From: Gemmatimonas sp.
GTDB taxonomy: Bacteria > Gemmatimonadota > Gemmatimonadetes > Gemmatimonadales > Gemmatimonadaceae
DNA length: 64,000 nt
Reading direction: 5' to 3'
NCBI GenBank assembly: GCA_031414535.1
Contig: JANNVQ010000029.1
Location: 64,001 to 128,000 of the forward strand
A model generated the notes under the pieces. The model made no database searches and was not told the origin of the DNA. It saw only the letters and a list, made by a program, of their open reading frames with translations. The translations under genes and the position numbers were made by a program. Shown one piece after another: positions 1 through 9,884 of this stretch. Numbering within the stretch: position 1 is the first letter of the stretch; the number at the start of each line of letters is the position of its first letter.

Positions 1-2
1 TT

Positions 3-593
3 ATGCTCGGTTCTCCGTCCCTGAATCAGCTGGAAGCAGTCGCCGAGGAGTTTGCTCGTGCGAGGGCGCGCTTTGCTGGGCTGGAGTCTCGCACGCGCGA
101 CGAGGAGTGGACCGCTCGGCCGGCGCCTGACGAGTGGTCGGTGGCCGAATGCATTGCACACCTGAATCTCACAGCGGCCGCCATGCTCCCGCGAATGCGT
201 CAGTCCTTCGCGGAGGCGCGGGAGCTTCCGCGCCTCGGCGAGCGCCGGTATCGTGGTGCGATGTTTGGCAGAATCCTCGCGGCGATGATTGGCCCAGTGC
301 CAATCGTGCTCGGCATCAGGCTTGGTAGAACGCGGACGGCAGCGGCCTTTGTACCTGGCGCCGAGCTGCCGCGCCAGCAGGTGGCGAGCGAGTTCCGTCA
401 CTGGAACACACAGGAAGCGGCGCTCGTGCGGGAGGCACAAGGCCTTCAGGTCGATAAAACCTTGGTGGAGTCGCCATTCGTGCAGGGCGCGCGCTACGAT
501 GGTTTCAGCGCCATGTGGATCCTGGCGCGCCACGAGCATCGTCATCTTGAACAGGCGGAGCGTGCCCTCGCTCGGGTGCGAGGCAAGTCGTGA
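3..593 (+). CDS. DinB family protein
   Basis: WSVAECIAHL and HEHRHLEQA His motifs typical of DinB/DinB_2; start at window edge. Confidence 0.8.
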   Translation: MLGSPSLNQLEAVAEEFARARARFAGLESRTRDEEWTARPAPDEWSVAECIAHLNLTAAAMLPRMRQSFAEARELPRLGERRYRGAMFGRILAAMIGPVPIVLGIRLGRTRTAAAFVPGAELPRQQVASEFRHWNTQEAALVREAQGLQVDKTLVESPFVQGARYDGFSAMWILARHEHRHLEQAERALARVRGKS

Positions 594-1054
594 GCATCCC
601 CACACGACTTGTCGGTGCCATGGGTGCCTGGGTGGGCAGTAACAAGCTCTGGTTCGAGCCCACGCAGGCGCCCATCGAGTGCGCCACCACCGCAGAGATT
701 CGCGGTGAAGCCGCTGGCCGCGTGTTGCGCGTGAGTTACACGTGGGAGTACGACGCGAAGCCCTGCGAAGGCGTCCTCGTGCTCGGCGACGACATTAAGG
801 CGGGTCGCTGCGATGCTTCATGGGCAGATTCGTTTCACAACGGGCATCGTCTCATGCCGCTCAGTGGTGCCGCGGCCGGCGATGGCATCGTGACGGTCAA
901 GGGCAGCTATGCCGCGCCGCCGGGGCCGGATTGGGGCTGGCGCATCACGCTCGAACATCCGTCGTCCGATACCTTCGTGATGCGCATGCACAACATCATG
1001 CCTGACGGGACAGAGGCGTTGGCAGTCGAAGCGTCGTACGCTCGTCGTCGTTGA
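590..1054 (+). CDS. DUF1579-like protein
   Basis: W.G.NKLW, WADSFH, GSY...PDWGWRI motifs; GTG start overlaps upstream stop. Confidence 0.65.
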   Translation: MSIPTRLVGAMGAWVGSNKLWFEPTQAPIECATTAEIRGEAAGRVLRVSYTWEYDAKPCEGVLVLGDDIKAGRCDASWADSFHNGHRLMPLSGAAAGDGIVTVKGSYAAPPGPDWGWRITLEHPSSDTFVMRMHNIMPDGTEALAVEASYARRR

Positions 1055-2315
1055 TGGCCAATGCCACCTCGGCCGCGGTGCGCGCGGCCGCTTCGAGCAG
1101 GGGAATGCCAGGGCCGAGGTAGCTGCCGCAGAACCAGAGGCGGCGGCCATGTTGTGCGTGCAGCAGGCTGACGGTGCGCGAGCCCTCAAGCGAGGCCGCA
1201 TTCACGAGTGGCCGATCAAAGCGAGCCTGCGCCTTGATCGTCTCCGGCCTTGGCTCGATGATCGGATTCCAGGTTTGGAAGACGGGCGAGGCCTTGGCGA
1301 GTCCAGGCTGCACCCGATTCATCCAGATGGTGGCCATCGGCTTATCGTGCGCCGAGCTGGTGATTACGTTCACCGGCGCCCAATGGGCGCGGTCGCGCGG
1401 CGCAAGTCGAGGGTCGGTGTGCACCACCACGGAGCTTGATTCATACGCGAACCGGTCGAGCGCTTCCTTCTCCCGGCGGTAGGCAGCATCGAGCATCGCC
1501 GCCGCCTGATTAGCCTGCGTCGCGACGACGACGTGATCAAAGCGCTGCTCTCCGCCCTCCCAGCGCACGCGCACGCCGTCGGCCACCGGCTGGATCTGCT
1601 GGACACGGATGCCGCAGCGCACCTCGTGCACCGGTTCGGTCAGGCGACGCACGACTTCGCGGGTGCCGAGCACCACTCGACGTACGCCACCGAAGGTAAG
1701 ACCGCGCGAGAGATAGTCGAGAATCACGCGTGCCGGGTAGGCCCGCACGGCGGCATTGGAGCAGGTGCAAACAGCTGCGAAGGTGGGAATAAGGAATCCC
1801 TCGCAGAAGTCTTCGCTGAGCCGCGCACGGTCGAGCCAGGAGCTCAGGGGCTCCTCGCTATCGCGCAGGCGCTGGAGCGCCGGGCGAGCGAGTCGGTAAA
1901 AGCGCAGTAGGTCGCGATTGATGCGTAGCGCTTGCGCCCCAAACGGCGAGGCCGGGAGCGGAATGGAGCGTCCGGCCACTAACAGATTGGTATAGCGATA
2001 ATAGGCCGCGCCGCCGAGCGCAGAGAAGGAGCCGGCGTAGTTCGTGCGCTCGAGCTGCACACCCAGCTGATGATACTGCGCAATCAGCGTCGGATAGTAG
2101 CCTTCGTAGAGTACGCGCAGCGGGACGTCCACGCGGTAAGTGCCACCATCATGCTCAAGGTCGAGCGAGTGCGCGTCCATGCCCGCCACCCCGTGCCGCT
2201 CGAGGAGCGTCACGCGATGGTGCGTGCTCAGGCGCCAAGCCGCCGAGAGTCCAGCGATGCCTCCGCCAATGACCGCAATGTCGAGACCCGTCCGCACGCG
2301 TCGAACTCCTGCCAA
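996..2315 (-). CDS. FAD-dependent oxidoreductase (amine oxidase-like)
   Basis: N-terminal IAVIGGGIAGLSAA Rossmann motif; C-terminal WFCGSY; exact start uncertain. Confidence 0.8.
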   Translation of the reverse strand: MAGVRRVRTGLDIAVIGGGIAGLSAAWRLSTHHRVTLLERHGVAGMDAHSLDLEHDGGTYRVDVPLRVLYEGYYPTLIAQYHQLGVQLERTNYAGSFSALGGAAYYRYTNLLVAGRSIPLPASPFGAQALRINRDLLRFYRLARPALQRLRDSEEPLSSWLDRARLSEDFCEGFLIPTFAAVCTCSNAAVRAYPARVILDYLSRGLTFGGVRRVVLGTREVVRRLTEPVHEVRCGIRVQQIQPVADGVRVRWEGGEQRFDHVVVATQANQAAAMLDAAYRREKEALDRFAYESSSVVVHTDPRLAPRDRAHWAPVNVITSSAHDKPMATIWMNRVQPGLAKASPVFQTWNPIIEPRPETIKAQARFDRPLVNAASLEGSRTVSLLHAQHGRRLWFCGSYLGPGIPLLEAAARTAAEVALAINDDERTTLRLPTPLSRQA

Positions 2316-2429
2316 GTGGGGATGCCTTCATCGCTGCCATTCCCGAGGCTTCAAGATGCGTCTCGGGCCGTCTCGGCGGTACTATGCCCAAGGCGGTAGA
2401 TTCTCCTCAACGTAGCAACTGGAGCTGAC

Positions 2430-2891
2430 ATGGAGCGGCAGGATATTGAGGGCGTGACCGTCCGGCTCGCGACCACGGCCGACGTTGAGGCCTGGAGCGA
2501 GCAGCGGGCCCTGCTGTGGCCGCAGTTGGACGAGCACGAGCACGCCGTTGAGGCAGTGCAGTGGATTGCTGATGCCTCGACTGACACCTTGCTCGCGGTG
2601 GCGCACGACGGGACTCTGTTGGGGTTTCTAGAAGTGGGCCTGCGCGACTATGCGGAGGGCTGCGAGACGAGCCCGGTGGGCTACGTCGAAGGCTGGTACG
2701 TGGATGGATTGGCGCGTCAGCGCGGGCTGGGACGCGCGTTGATTCGCGCGGCGGAGGACTGGGCCCGGTCCAAAGGATGCACCGAGATGGCATCGGATAC
2801 TGAAGTGCACAACGAGGTTTCACAGGAGGCCTACGAACGCCTAGGCTACCAGCGGGTGGAGACCATCGTCGTCTATCGCCGATCCCTCTGA
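2430..2891 (+). CDS. GNAT acetyltransferase, aminoglycoside 6'-N-acetyltransferase AAC(6')-I-like
   Basis: LRDYAEGCETSPVGYVEGWYV and GCTEMASDT motifs; GGAG SD upstream. Confidence 0.8.
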   Translation: MERQDIEGVTVRLATTADVEAWSEQRALLWPQLDEHEHAVEAVQWIADASTDTLLAVAHDGTLLGFLEVGLRDYAEGCETSPVGYVEGWYVDGLARQRGLGRALIRAAEDWARSKGCTEMASDTEVHNEVSQEAYERLGYQRVETIVVYRRSL

Positions 2892-2924
2892 CACCTCGCG
2901 TCCTTCACCGCCGTACAACAGCTT

Positions 2925-3560
2925 ATGCCAATGCTTCTCCAGGATATCCCCGCGCCACCGCCACCTCCCGCCCCGACTCCTATCGGCGCGGTCACAACGG
3001 TCAATGGCGTTCCGCAGTCCGTCGCCGACGTGCGCGCCTTGCGGGGGCAGCGCTCAGAGCTCTCAAATCAACTGCAATCCGCCCAACGGCGTCGCAATGA
3101 AGTCGTGGAGCAACTCGCGGACGCCACGCCCGCTGAGCGTCCCGGGCTCGAAGCGCGGCTTAAGCTGCTGGATGAACGCATCCTTGGCATCGAAACTGAG
3201 ATTGGGCGCACCGGAGAACTGATCGCGAAGACACCAGGTAATCTCCTTTCTACATCCTCTCAGGCTCCTAATGTAGGAGGCGGCCCAATGAACAACATTG
3301 ACTTCACCGCAGTGCTTGTCGTCTTCACCCTCTTCGTCCTCTCGCCGCTCGCGTTTACCGCCGCTCGCCTGCTGTGGCGGCGCGGAAACAATCCGGCACC
3401 AAAGAAGGTAGACGTGCAATCCGAAGAGCGTATGCGTCGTCTCGAGGCGGGTGTGGATGCCATCGCCATCGAGGTAGAGCGGATATCAGAGGGGCAGCGC
3501 TTTGTGACGAAGCTGCTGTCGGAGCGGGAGAAGCAGCCAGTTCTCAGAGGGGACGGATGA
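2925..3560 (+). CDS. hypothetical membrane protein (coiled coil + one TM)
   Basis: Pro-rich N-terminus, coiled coil, hydrophobic segment, C-terminal DAIAIEVERISEGQRFVTKLL. Confidence 0.7.
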   Translation: MPMLLQDIPAPPPPPAPTPIGAVTTVNGVPQSVADVRALRGQRSELSNQLQSAQRRRNEVVEQLADATPAERPGLEARLKLLDERILGIETEIGRTGELIAKTPGNLLSTSSQAPNVGGGPMNNIDFTAVLVVFTLFVLSPLAFTAARLLWRRGNNPAPKKVDVQSEERMRRLEAGVDAIAIEVERISEGQRFVTKLLSEREKQPVLRGDG

Positions 3561-3602
3561 CGGAAGAAGGATGATTGATGCCTCCGTCATCCGTCTTCTG
3601 TC
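3552..3602. repeat. GACGGAT heptamer inverted-repeat hairpin between convergent genes
   Basis: gacggatgacgga (3552-3564) / tccgtcatccgtc (3583-3595). Confidence 0.75.
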
Positions 3603-3608
3603 ATTTGT

Positions 3609-4778
3609 TCAGCTGGAATAATACGACGCATTCTCCTCGATATACCCCTTGGTGAGATCGCAACCGTAGGCCACCGCGCGCGCCTCACCGACGCCAAGCG
3701 CAATCTCGAGGTCCACCACCTCTGCTGCCAGCGCCGAACGCACCACCGCGTCGTCAAATGTGAGCCGCTCGCCGCCGCGCACCACTTGGTATCCGTTGAT
3801 CCAGGCGTCGGTGCTGGCGGGATGAATCGTGCAGTCGAAGCATTTGCCCACCGCCATCAAGAGGCGTCCCACGTTCGGATCCGCGCCGTGCACCATCGTT
3901 TTGACCAGCGGTGAGTTGAGCACGGACTTGGCGACAATCTTCGCCTCGCGATCATTCAGTGCGCTCCGCACTGTTACGCGCAGCAAGTGTTCGGCCCCTT
4001 CGCCATCGCGGCCGAGTGTCTCGGTCATTCGCACGCAGCCAGCAATCAAGGCTTCGCGGAAGGCCGCTTCATCCACGGTACCCGCCAATCCATTGGCGAG
4101 GATGGCGCAGGTGTCGCTCGTGGAGGTGTCGGTATCCACGCTCAACATATTGAAGCTCCGCGCAACGGCCTCGCGCAACAACTTGTCGAGTGTCAGCGCG
4201 TCGAGCGCGGCGTCTGTGAAGATGTAGGCGAGCATGGTCGCCATGTTGGGCTCAATCATCCCCGAGCCCTTGGCCACCCAGGTGATGGTGGCGTCGCCCA
4301 CGCTAAGGGAGAAGGCCTTGGGAAAGGTGTCCGTGGTCATGATGCCTTCCGCACCAACGAGCGGATCGTCCTGCAGTTCCGCCTGCATGCCCACCACTCC
4401 GCGCACAATCTTCTCGATGGGCAACGGCACACCAATCACGCCGGTGGAACTCACGAGCACCTTGCCTGCATCGGTCCCGAGTTCCTTCGCGGCCGCGGCC
4501 GCCATCTGGCGTGCGTTCTCAACCCCGGCAGCACCGGTGGCAACGTTGCTCACCTTGCTGTTGGCAATGATGGCGCGAAGTCGTCCGCCCTTCATCGTCT
4601 CACGTCCGAGCACGATGGGCGCGCCCGGAAAGTGATTGCGGGTGAACACGGCGGCAGCGTTTGCCTCAACCTCGCTCACGAAAAGCGTCAGGTCCTTGGC
4701 GTCAGGCTTGAGACCGACGTTGCGCGAAGCGCAGCGGAAGCCACGGGGAAAGCGAGGATGGTCGTGAAACGCTGGCAT
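3609..4778 (-). CDS. argJ: ornithine acetyltransferase / N-acetylglutamate synthase
   Basis: STGVIG, IMTTDT, AKGSGMIEPNMATML, DTSTSD, RDGEGA motifs. Confidence 0.95.
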   Translation of the reverse strand: MPAFHDHPRFPRGFRCASRNVGLKPDAKDLTLFVSEVEANAAAVFTRNHFPGAPIVLGRETMKGGRLRAIIANSKVSNVATGAAGVENARQMAAAAAKELGTDAGKVLVSSTGVIGVPLPIEKIVRGVVGMQAELQDDPLVGAEGIMTTDTFPKAFSLSVGDATITWVAKGSGMIEPNMATMLAYIFTDAALDALTLDKLLREAVARSFNMLSVDTDTSTSDTCAILANGLAGTVDEAAFREALIAGCVRMTETLGRDGEGAEHLLRVTVRSALNDREAKIVAKSVLNSPLVKTMVHGADPNVGRLLMAVGKCFDCTIHPASTDAWINGYQVVRGGERLTFDDAVVRSALAAEVVDLEIALGVGEARAVAYGCDLTKGYIEENASYYSS

Positions 4779-4868
4779 AGGCGAGGAATCTTAACGACTT
4801 CGAGGCACTGGCGTCTGACGAGGTGACCATAACGCCCCCGCCGTAACTCGTACCGTAGGAGTATCACC

Positions 4869-5543
4869 ATGCGCACAACCACAAAGTTCCTTGCCCTCGC
4901 AGGGCTCGTCATCGGCTTCGGTGGCGTAGCAAGCGCCCAGAACCCAGGTCCCAGCCCAATGCATCGCGCGCCGCAGGGCGGGCCAGTGGCGCCGCGCGGC
5001 CCGGGTAATGTCACGGCCATGCTCAATGCGCGTCGTCAGCTAGATCTCACGCCTCGGCAGGTCGCGCAGCTCGACTCAATCGAGCGGGGACTGCATGCGG
5101 AACGGGAGCGCGTCGCCGCGGCCAATCGCCCGGCCATGGATTCGTTGCGTCAGCACATGCGCAGCGGCGCGCCTCGCGATGAGCGGCAGCGCGAAGAGAT
5201 GCGCGCCGAGGCCGAGCAGCACCGGGCCGCCATGCGACCGCAGATGGAGCGTCTACGCTCGCGCGATTCGGTGGCCACTGCGACCGCTGATCGTTTGCTG
5301 ACAGAGACGCAGCGCACGAAGTGGCGCGAGATGCAGGCCGAGCGCCGCGGGTTTGAACGTGGCATGCGCGAAGGTCGCGGACGCCAGCAGGGCATGCAGG
5401 GCATGCGGGGTATGCAGGGCATGCAGGGCGTGCAGGGCATGCAGGGTCGCCCGGGCAATCGTGGGCAGCCGCAGATGCGTCGCCCAATGGGTGAGGGTCG
5501 GGCTGGAGAGGGCGGGCAGCCGGCACCGGGTCGCCGCCCGTAA
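4869..5543 (+). CDS. exported Spy/CpxP-like protein with low-complexity GMQ tail
   Basis: Signal peptide (ASA-Q), LDLTPRQ and LLTETQ LTxxQ-type motifs; AGGAG SD. Confidence 0.65.
   Translation: MRTTTKFLALAGLVIGFGGVASAQNPGPSPMHRAPQGGPVAPRGPGNVTAMLNARRQLDLTPRQVAQLDSIERGLHAERERVAAANRPAMDSLRQHMRSGAPRDERQREEMRAEAEQHRAAMRPQMERLRSRDSVATATADRLLTETQRTKWREMQAERRGFERGMREGRGRQQGMQGMRGMQGMQGVQGMQGRPGNRGQPQMRRPMGEGRAGEGGQPAPGRRP
5388..5447 (+). repeat. in-frame 9-bp tandem repeat (CAGGGCATG) x~6.7
   Basis: Units read directly; encodes (QGM)n. Confidence 0.9.
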
Positions 5544-5565
5544 CCTGAGCGATTGCGGCGACGCA

Positions 5566-5598
5566 CAGGGGGGACGCAGTTTATCTGTGTCCCCCCTG
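5566..5598 (+). terminator. GC-rich hairpin downstream of Spy-like gene
   Basis: caggggggacgcag / ctgtgtcccccctg stem; no adjacent U-tract. Confidence 0.5.
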
Positions 5599-5623
5599 GA
5601 CGTTTTCCCTCGCAGAGACTGAG

Positions 5624-6364
5624 GTGTTGCCGATGAACGTATTGTCCGAGAGCCCTGCTCCGGCGCCCGCAAAGGCGTCGTTGATCGAAGATTGCATTGA
5701 CATCTGGTTTAAGCCCTCCGCCGTGTTCGCCCGCCGCAGCGGTGCCGGATGGTTTGGGCCCTTCGCGGTCAGTGCCGTACTCTTGGTCGCGCTGTATTAC
5801 GCCGCCGCGGGCAGCATGCAGGGCGTCCTCGATGCGGAAGTGACCAAAGCGATTGCCTCTGCAAAGGCGGAGAACCCGAACATGACGGGTGAGCAGTTGG
5901 CAACGATGCAGACCGTCATTGAGAAGTCCATCCAGTTTGGCGGTCTCGTTGGCTTGCCGGTCGCACTCTTCATCCTTGGCTTCGGCGTGTGGCTCGTCTC
6001 ACGCTTGCTGGGCGGTATTCTGTCCTTGGGCGGCGGCATCATGGTGGCGTCCTTCGCGTACCTGCCAAAGGCGCTTGAGCTCCTATTGGTGATCGTGCAG
6101 GGCATGGTGCTCGACACGTCCGCTTGGAACGGGCGCTACAAGTTCTCCTGGGGTGCGGGCCGCTTCATGGAGCCGAGCGAGACGCAGGGCCTCTACAATC
6201 TGATTGGTCGTGTGGATGCGTTTACCATCTGGGTGACCATTCTCATTGCGCTCGGGCTCATCCACGCGGCGAAGGTGGAGAAGACCAAGGCCTACGCGGG
6301 CGCTGCCGTCGTCTGGATCCTCGGCGCAATTCCAGCGATATACCAACTCGCGACGGGGAAGTAG
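5624..6364 (+). CDS. Yip1 family membrane protein
   Basis: IWFKPSAVF N-terminal motif and about five TM segments. Confidence 0.75.
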   Translation: MLPMNVLSESPAPAPAKASLIEDCIDIWFKPSAVFARRSGAGWFGPFAVSAVLLVALYYAAAGSMQGVLDAEVTKAIASAKAENPNMTGEQLATMQTVIEKSIQFGGLVGLPVALFILGFGVWLVSRLLGGILSLGGGIMVASFAYLPKALELLLVIVQGMVLDTSAWNGRYKFSWGAGRFMEPSETQGLYNLIGRVDAFTIWVTILIALGLIHAAKVEKTKAYAGAAVVWILGAIPAIYQLATGK

Positions 6365-6388
6365 TACACGCTGGCATTCAAGGGATGA

Positions 6389-6884
6389 GTGGCACGGCCG
6401 ACACTTGTGGAATTCTCACAGGACGCGTCCGTGCCCTACATCCGCTCCGAGCCCAAGGACTTGGTGAGCCGCGGGGACAATCTCCCCACCTTGCCTAGCG
6501 TCGTGATGCAGCTGCACCGGGTCCTTGAGGATCCCGTGGCGGGCCCCGCGCACATCGCGGGTGTCATGTCGCAAGATCCGGCACTTACGGCGCGTCTATC
6601 ATGAACCGTGAACTCGGCCGCCTTCATTGAGAAATCTCTGGGTGCGGGTCGGCGCCACGCGTGCCATCTCAGCGGATGACGCTTACGTGGTTGGCCTCCT
6701 GCACGATGTGGAACTGTTAGTGCTCAACCAGCACTTTGGCGCCGCGTACTGGGCGATGCTCGATGCACGGGAGGATTCCGACGAGCCACTCGCGGCGCTG
6801 GAGGAGGCTCAGCTCGGGATTGATCACGGAGCCGTTGCTGCGTTCGCTGGGCGTGCCAGCGCCCGAGGTGCGTGGTCTGATTGA
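6389..6884 (+). pseudogene. HDOD domain pseudogene
   Basis: LPTLPSVV...QDPALTARLS*TVNSAAF with in-frame TGA (6602-6604); another frame carries AYVVGLLHDV and LGIDHG; middle of domain missing. Confidence 0.75.
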
Positions 6885-6926
6885 ATCAACCTGCGACGTA
6901 CATGCCTTCGCAGCGTCCTTCTTCAG

Positions 6927-7394
6927 CTAGCGACGCAGGTGCTTGGCAAAACAGTGCTTCTCGCCGACTTCAATTTCCGTCTGGTCCTTGGCGTAGCGCG
7001 CAATCTTCTCGGGATAGGTCCCGAGTGGCGCGCGATCGAATCCGCAGCTCATGAAGAGCTCGTCCGAGTACGAGACGGCGAAGAGATCGGTGTAGCCACG
7101 GGATTGCGCGAGATCTACGGCCGCCTGGATTAACTGGCGGCCGTAGCCGTTTCCGTGTGCATCCTCGTCCACCGCGAGCGAAATCAGCTCCACCACGCTC
7201 GGTGAGTACTCGTCGAGCGCCACGCAGCCGAGGATGCCGCCCTGCGCATCGCGCATCACGCGATAGTCGCTGAGGTGATTGGCGGCAAAGTCCGGCGTGC
7301 GGGCGAGCGTGAGCCCCGACGCCGAGTAGCGGTTGTTGAGCGAAAGCAGCTGCGGGATGTCCGTCTCGTGTGCGGGGCCAATGCGGTGGTTCAT
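6927..7394 (-). CDS. GNAT N-acetyltransferase, short ArgA-like
   Basis: ILGCVAL, ELISLAV..HGNGYG, PEKI resemble short N-acetylglutamate synthases. Confidence 0.7.
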   Translation of the reverse strand: MNHRIGPAHETDIPQLLSLNNRYSASGLTLARTPDFAANHLSDYRVMRDAQGGILGCVALDEYSPSVVELISLAVDEDAHGNGYGRQLIQAAVDLAQSRGYTDLFAVSYSDELFMSCGFDRAPLGTYPEKIARYAKDQTEIEVGEKHCFAKHLRR

Positions 7395-9142
7395 CGTTCC
7401 ACGGCCTCTAAGCGCTTGAGCGCGATGCGAATGGGTACCAGCGTCGCGACGATGCAGAGCACGAATGCAGCACCAAAGCCCGCCACCATCTGAGTGGGTT
7501 CAATCGGCTGGCTGAAGGCCTTGGCCGAGAGGTAGCTGTACACGGGGCCGGCTTCGAGCACGATGACGCTCCCGATCAAGGCCACCGACGACATCATGTA
7601 GAGAAGGCCGCCGAAGCTGGTGGGAATCTGCGCGGCGTTCTCCGTCTCGAACTGCGGGAACATGGTCCCGAAGCCAATCGCCATGCCACTCAGCGCGAAT
7701 GTCATCAACGTAATGGTTCCAACGGACACGAAGAACATGAAGTCGCTCACCTGCAACATGTAATCCGTTACGCCGACGATGGCGATGGCGAGAATGAGCA
7801 GAGGCAGCGTGCCCACCCAGAACTTGGCCCAGAGCAGGTCCTCCACCGCCATCGGGCTCGAGCGCAGCAGCCAAAGCGTGCGGCCTTCGAGTGAAACGCC
7901 TGGGAAGATGAATCGTGCGGCGATGGATGCCAACACGAAGCCCGCAAGCACCAAGTTCAGGAAGGGAACAACGTTCACGAGGAAGAACGTGATGCCTTCA
8001 CCGCGCAGCGGCAGGAACTTGATGTTGTACACATACACCACCACGAGCACGGCGAGCAGGATGAGCTGCGACCACTGCGTGGTATCGCGGAAGAACAGGC
8101 GCAGTTCCTTGAGTACCAGCTCCTGGCGCAGGGTGCCGAATGGCTTGAGGACGGTGTCGCCGAACGTGGAGAGGAAACCGTCCTTCTTCACCCAGCGCTG
8201 CGCGGACTCCTGTGCCTTGCTGAAACCGGTGAGGTAGAGCCACCGGTGCAGCATTGCGCCGAGTACCACCACCGCGGCGGCGGTTGCCCAAAGCATGTAC
8301 ATCGACAGCCAGTCGGGCTCTCCTGAGAGCCAGCCCATCGTCGCTTTCTGCACCCATTCGCTTGGCAACAAGGGCGAGGTCGGCGTGCGCAGGATGGAGA
8401 TGAATTCCATCAGCGAGCGGAATCCTTCCGGGCGCGCGAGCTGCTCGGGGCGCACCAAGCGGAACAGCAGCACGATGCCGCCGGCCGCGAGCACGGCGAT
8501 CACCGAGAGGATGTCACGCGTGCGGCGCGCGGGGAACACGTTCACGAGGATGAGCGTGAGCGCCGATCCCACTACGGCTGGAATGATGAACATCGGCAGC
8601 ATCAACATCACGGCGACGATCGGGAAGAGCCAGCCGCCCTTGTATGCAATGCCGTACGCCGAGAACATCGGAATGCTCACCAGCACCACCATCCAACTCG
8701 AGGCAATGATGGTCTCCAGCAGCTTCGCGCCATAGAGCCGCAACCAATCCACGGGCGCGGAAACCAGCATATCGAGGTCCTTCGCGAGGAAGAAACTCGA
8801 GAGCGCGGTAATCACATTGGAGAGCAATAGGATGCTGGTGAAACCCAGCAGAATGAGACCGAGCAACTTGCCCGCGAGGAGCGCGCCGATTTCTTCGACG
8901 CCGCGGAAGTACGTGAGCAGGCGATACAACACGCCAAACACGAAGGCCCAAAAGAGGAAGCCCACGAATCCGAGAATCGCGAAGCGCGCGCCACGGCCCT
9001 TCTCGCCCTGCACCGTGCGGGCGCGGGCTGTGAGCCACTTAGGCAGCAGCAGATGCAACAGGGGCGGATCCGGAAGCACGGACTCAGGGTCCGCTGCCTC
9101 CAGAATCACCGGCGGGCGCATGACGTCAGGCGTCGAGGACAT
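7391..9142 (-). CDS. putative ABC-2-type exporter permease
   Basis: Many TM helices, DLDMLVSAP and SLEGRTLWLLRSSP motifs; overlaps ATPase gene. Confidence 0.8.
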   Translation of the reverse strand: MSSTPDVMRPPVILEAADPESVLPDPPLLHLLLPKWLTARARTVQGEKGRGARFAILGFVGFLFWAFVFGVLYRLLTYFRGVEEIGALLAGKLLGLILLGFTSILLLSNVITALSSFFLAKDLDMLVSAPVDWLRLYGAKLLETIIASSWMVVLVSIPMFSAYGIAYKGGWLFPIVAVMLMLPMFIIPAVVGSALTLILVNVFPARRTRDILSVIAVLAAGGIVLLFRLVRPEQLARPEGFRSLMEFISILRTPTSPLLPSEWVQKATMGWLSGEPDWLSMYMLWATAAAVVVLGAMLHRWLYLTGFSKAQESAQRWVKKDGFLSTFGDTVLKPFGTLRQELVLKELRLFFRDTTQWSQLILLAVLVVVYVYNIKFLPLRGEGITFFLVNVVPFLNLVLAGFVLASIAARFIFPGVSLEGRTLWLLRSSPMAVEDLLWAKFWVGTLPLLILAIAIVGVTDYMLQVSDFMFFVSVGTITLMTFALSGMAIGFGTMFPQFETENAAQIPTSFGGLLYMMSSVALIGSVIVLEAGPVYSYLSAKAFSQPIEPTQMVAGFGAAFVLCIVATLVPIRIALKRLEAVER

Positions 9143-9884
9143 CCATCAGGTCTCGTGCGGCGTTCTCGCCGGTGAGTCGGAGGAAGAGTTCCTCAAGCCC
9201 CTTCTCGCCACCCTCTAACTGCTGACGTAGCTCGGCCATGTTCCCGTAGGCCTTGATCTCGCCTTGCACGATGATGGCGAGGCGATCGCAGAGTGATTCC
9301 GCGACCTCGAGCGTGTGCGTGGAGAAGATGATGGTGTGTCCGCGATGCGTGTACTCGCGGAATAGGTCCTTCAGGATGCGGGCAGCCTTGGGATCGAGCC
9401 CCACCATCGGCTCGTCCACCACGATCACTTCCGGACGATGCACAAACGCACTGGAGATGATGAGCTTTTGGCGCATGCCGTGCGAGTAGCTCTCCACCAG
9501 TTCATCGCGCCATTCCTCGAGGTCAAACAGTGCTAGGAGTTCGCGGGCACGATGCTCCACGTCCTTACCCTTCTGATCGTACAGTCCGGCCACAAAGCGC
9601 AGGAACTCGGCGCCCGTGAGCTTCTCATAGATGAAGGGCCGGTCGGGAATGAAGCCGAGCTTGCTCTTGGCGGCCACGGGATCCGCGATGAGATCCACGC
9701 CCGCGACGCGAATGTTGCCGCTCGTAGGCTTCAGGATGCCGGCCATCATGCGCAGCGTTGTCGTCTTCCCGGCGCCGTTGGGGCCAAGGAAACCGAAGAG
9801 TTCGCCGCGCGGCACGACGAGGTCGATGCCCTTGACGGCAGTGAAGTCGCCGTAACGCTTGGTGAGCTTGCTGATCTCAATCAT
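9126..9884 (-). CDS. ABC transporter ATP-binding protein
   Basis: GPNGAGKTT, YSHGMRQ, VVDEP, STH. Confidence 0.95.
   Translation of the reverse strand: MIEISKLTKRYGDFTAVKGIDLVVPRGELFGFLGPNGAGKTTTLRMMAGILKPTSGNIRVAGVDLIADPVAAKSKLGFIPDRPFIYEKLTGAEFLRFVAGLYDQKGKDVEHRARELLALFDLEEWRDELVESYSHGMRQKLIISSAFVHRPEVIVVDEPMVGLDPKAARILKDLFREYTHRGHTIIFSTHTLEVAESLCDRLAIIVQGEIKAYGNMAELRQQLEGGEKGLEELFLRLTGENAARDLMDVLDA

Noticed and set aside
996..1054. 59-nt convergent overlap of two genes
   Set aside because: Common in GC-rich genomes with few stop codons; no further signal.
6602..6604. TGA as selenocysteine or programmed readthrough
   Set aside because: The position corresponds to Arg, not Cys, and further lesions follow.
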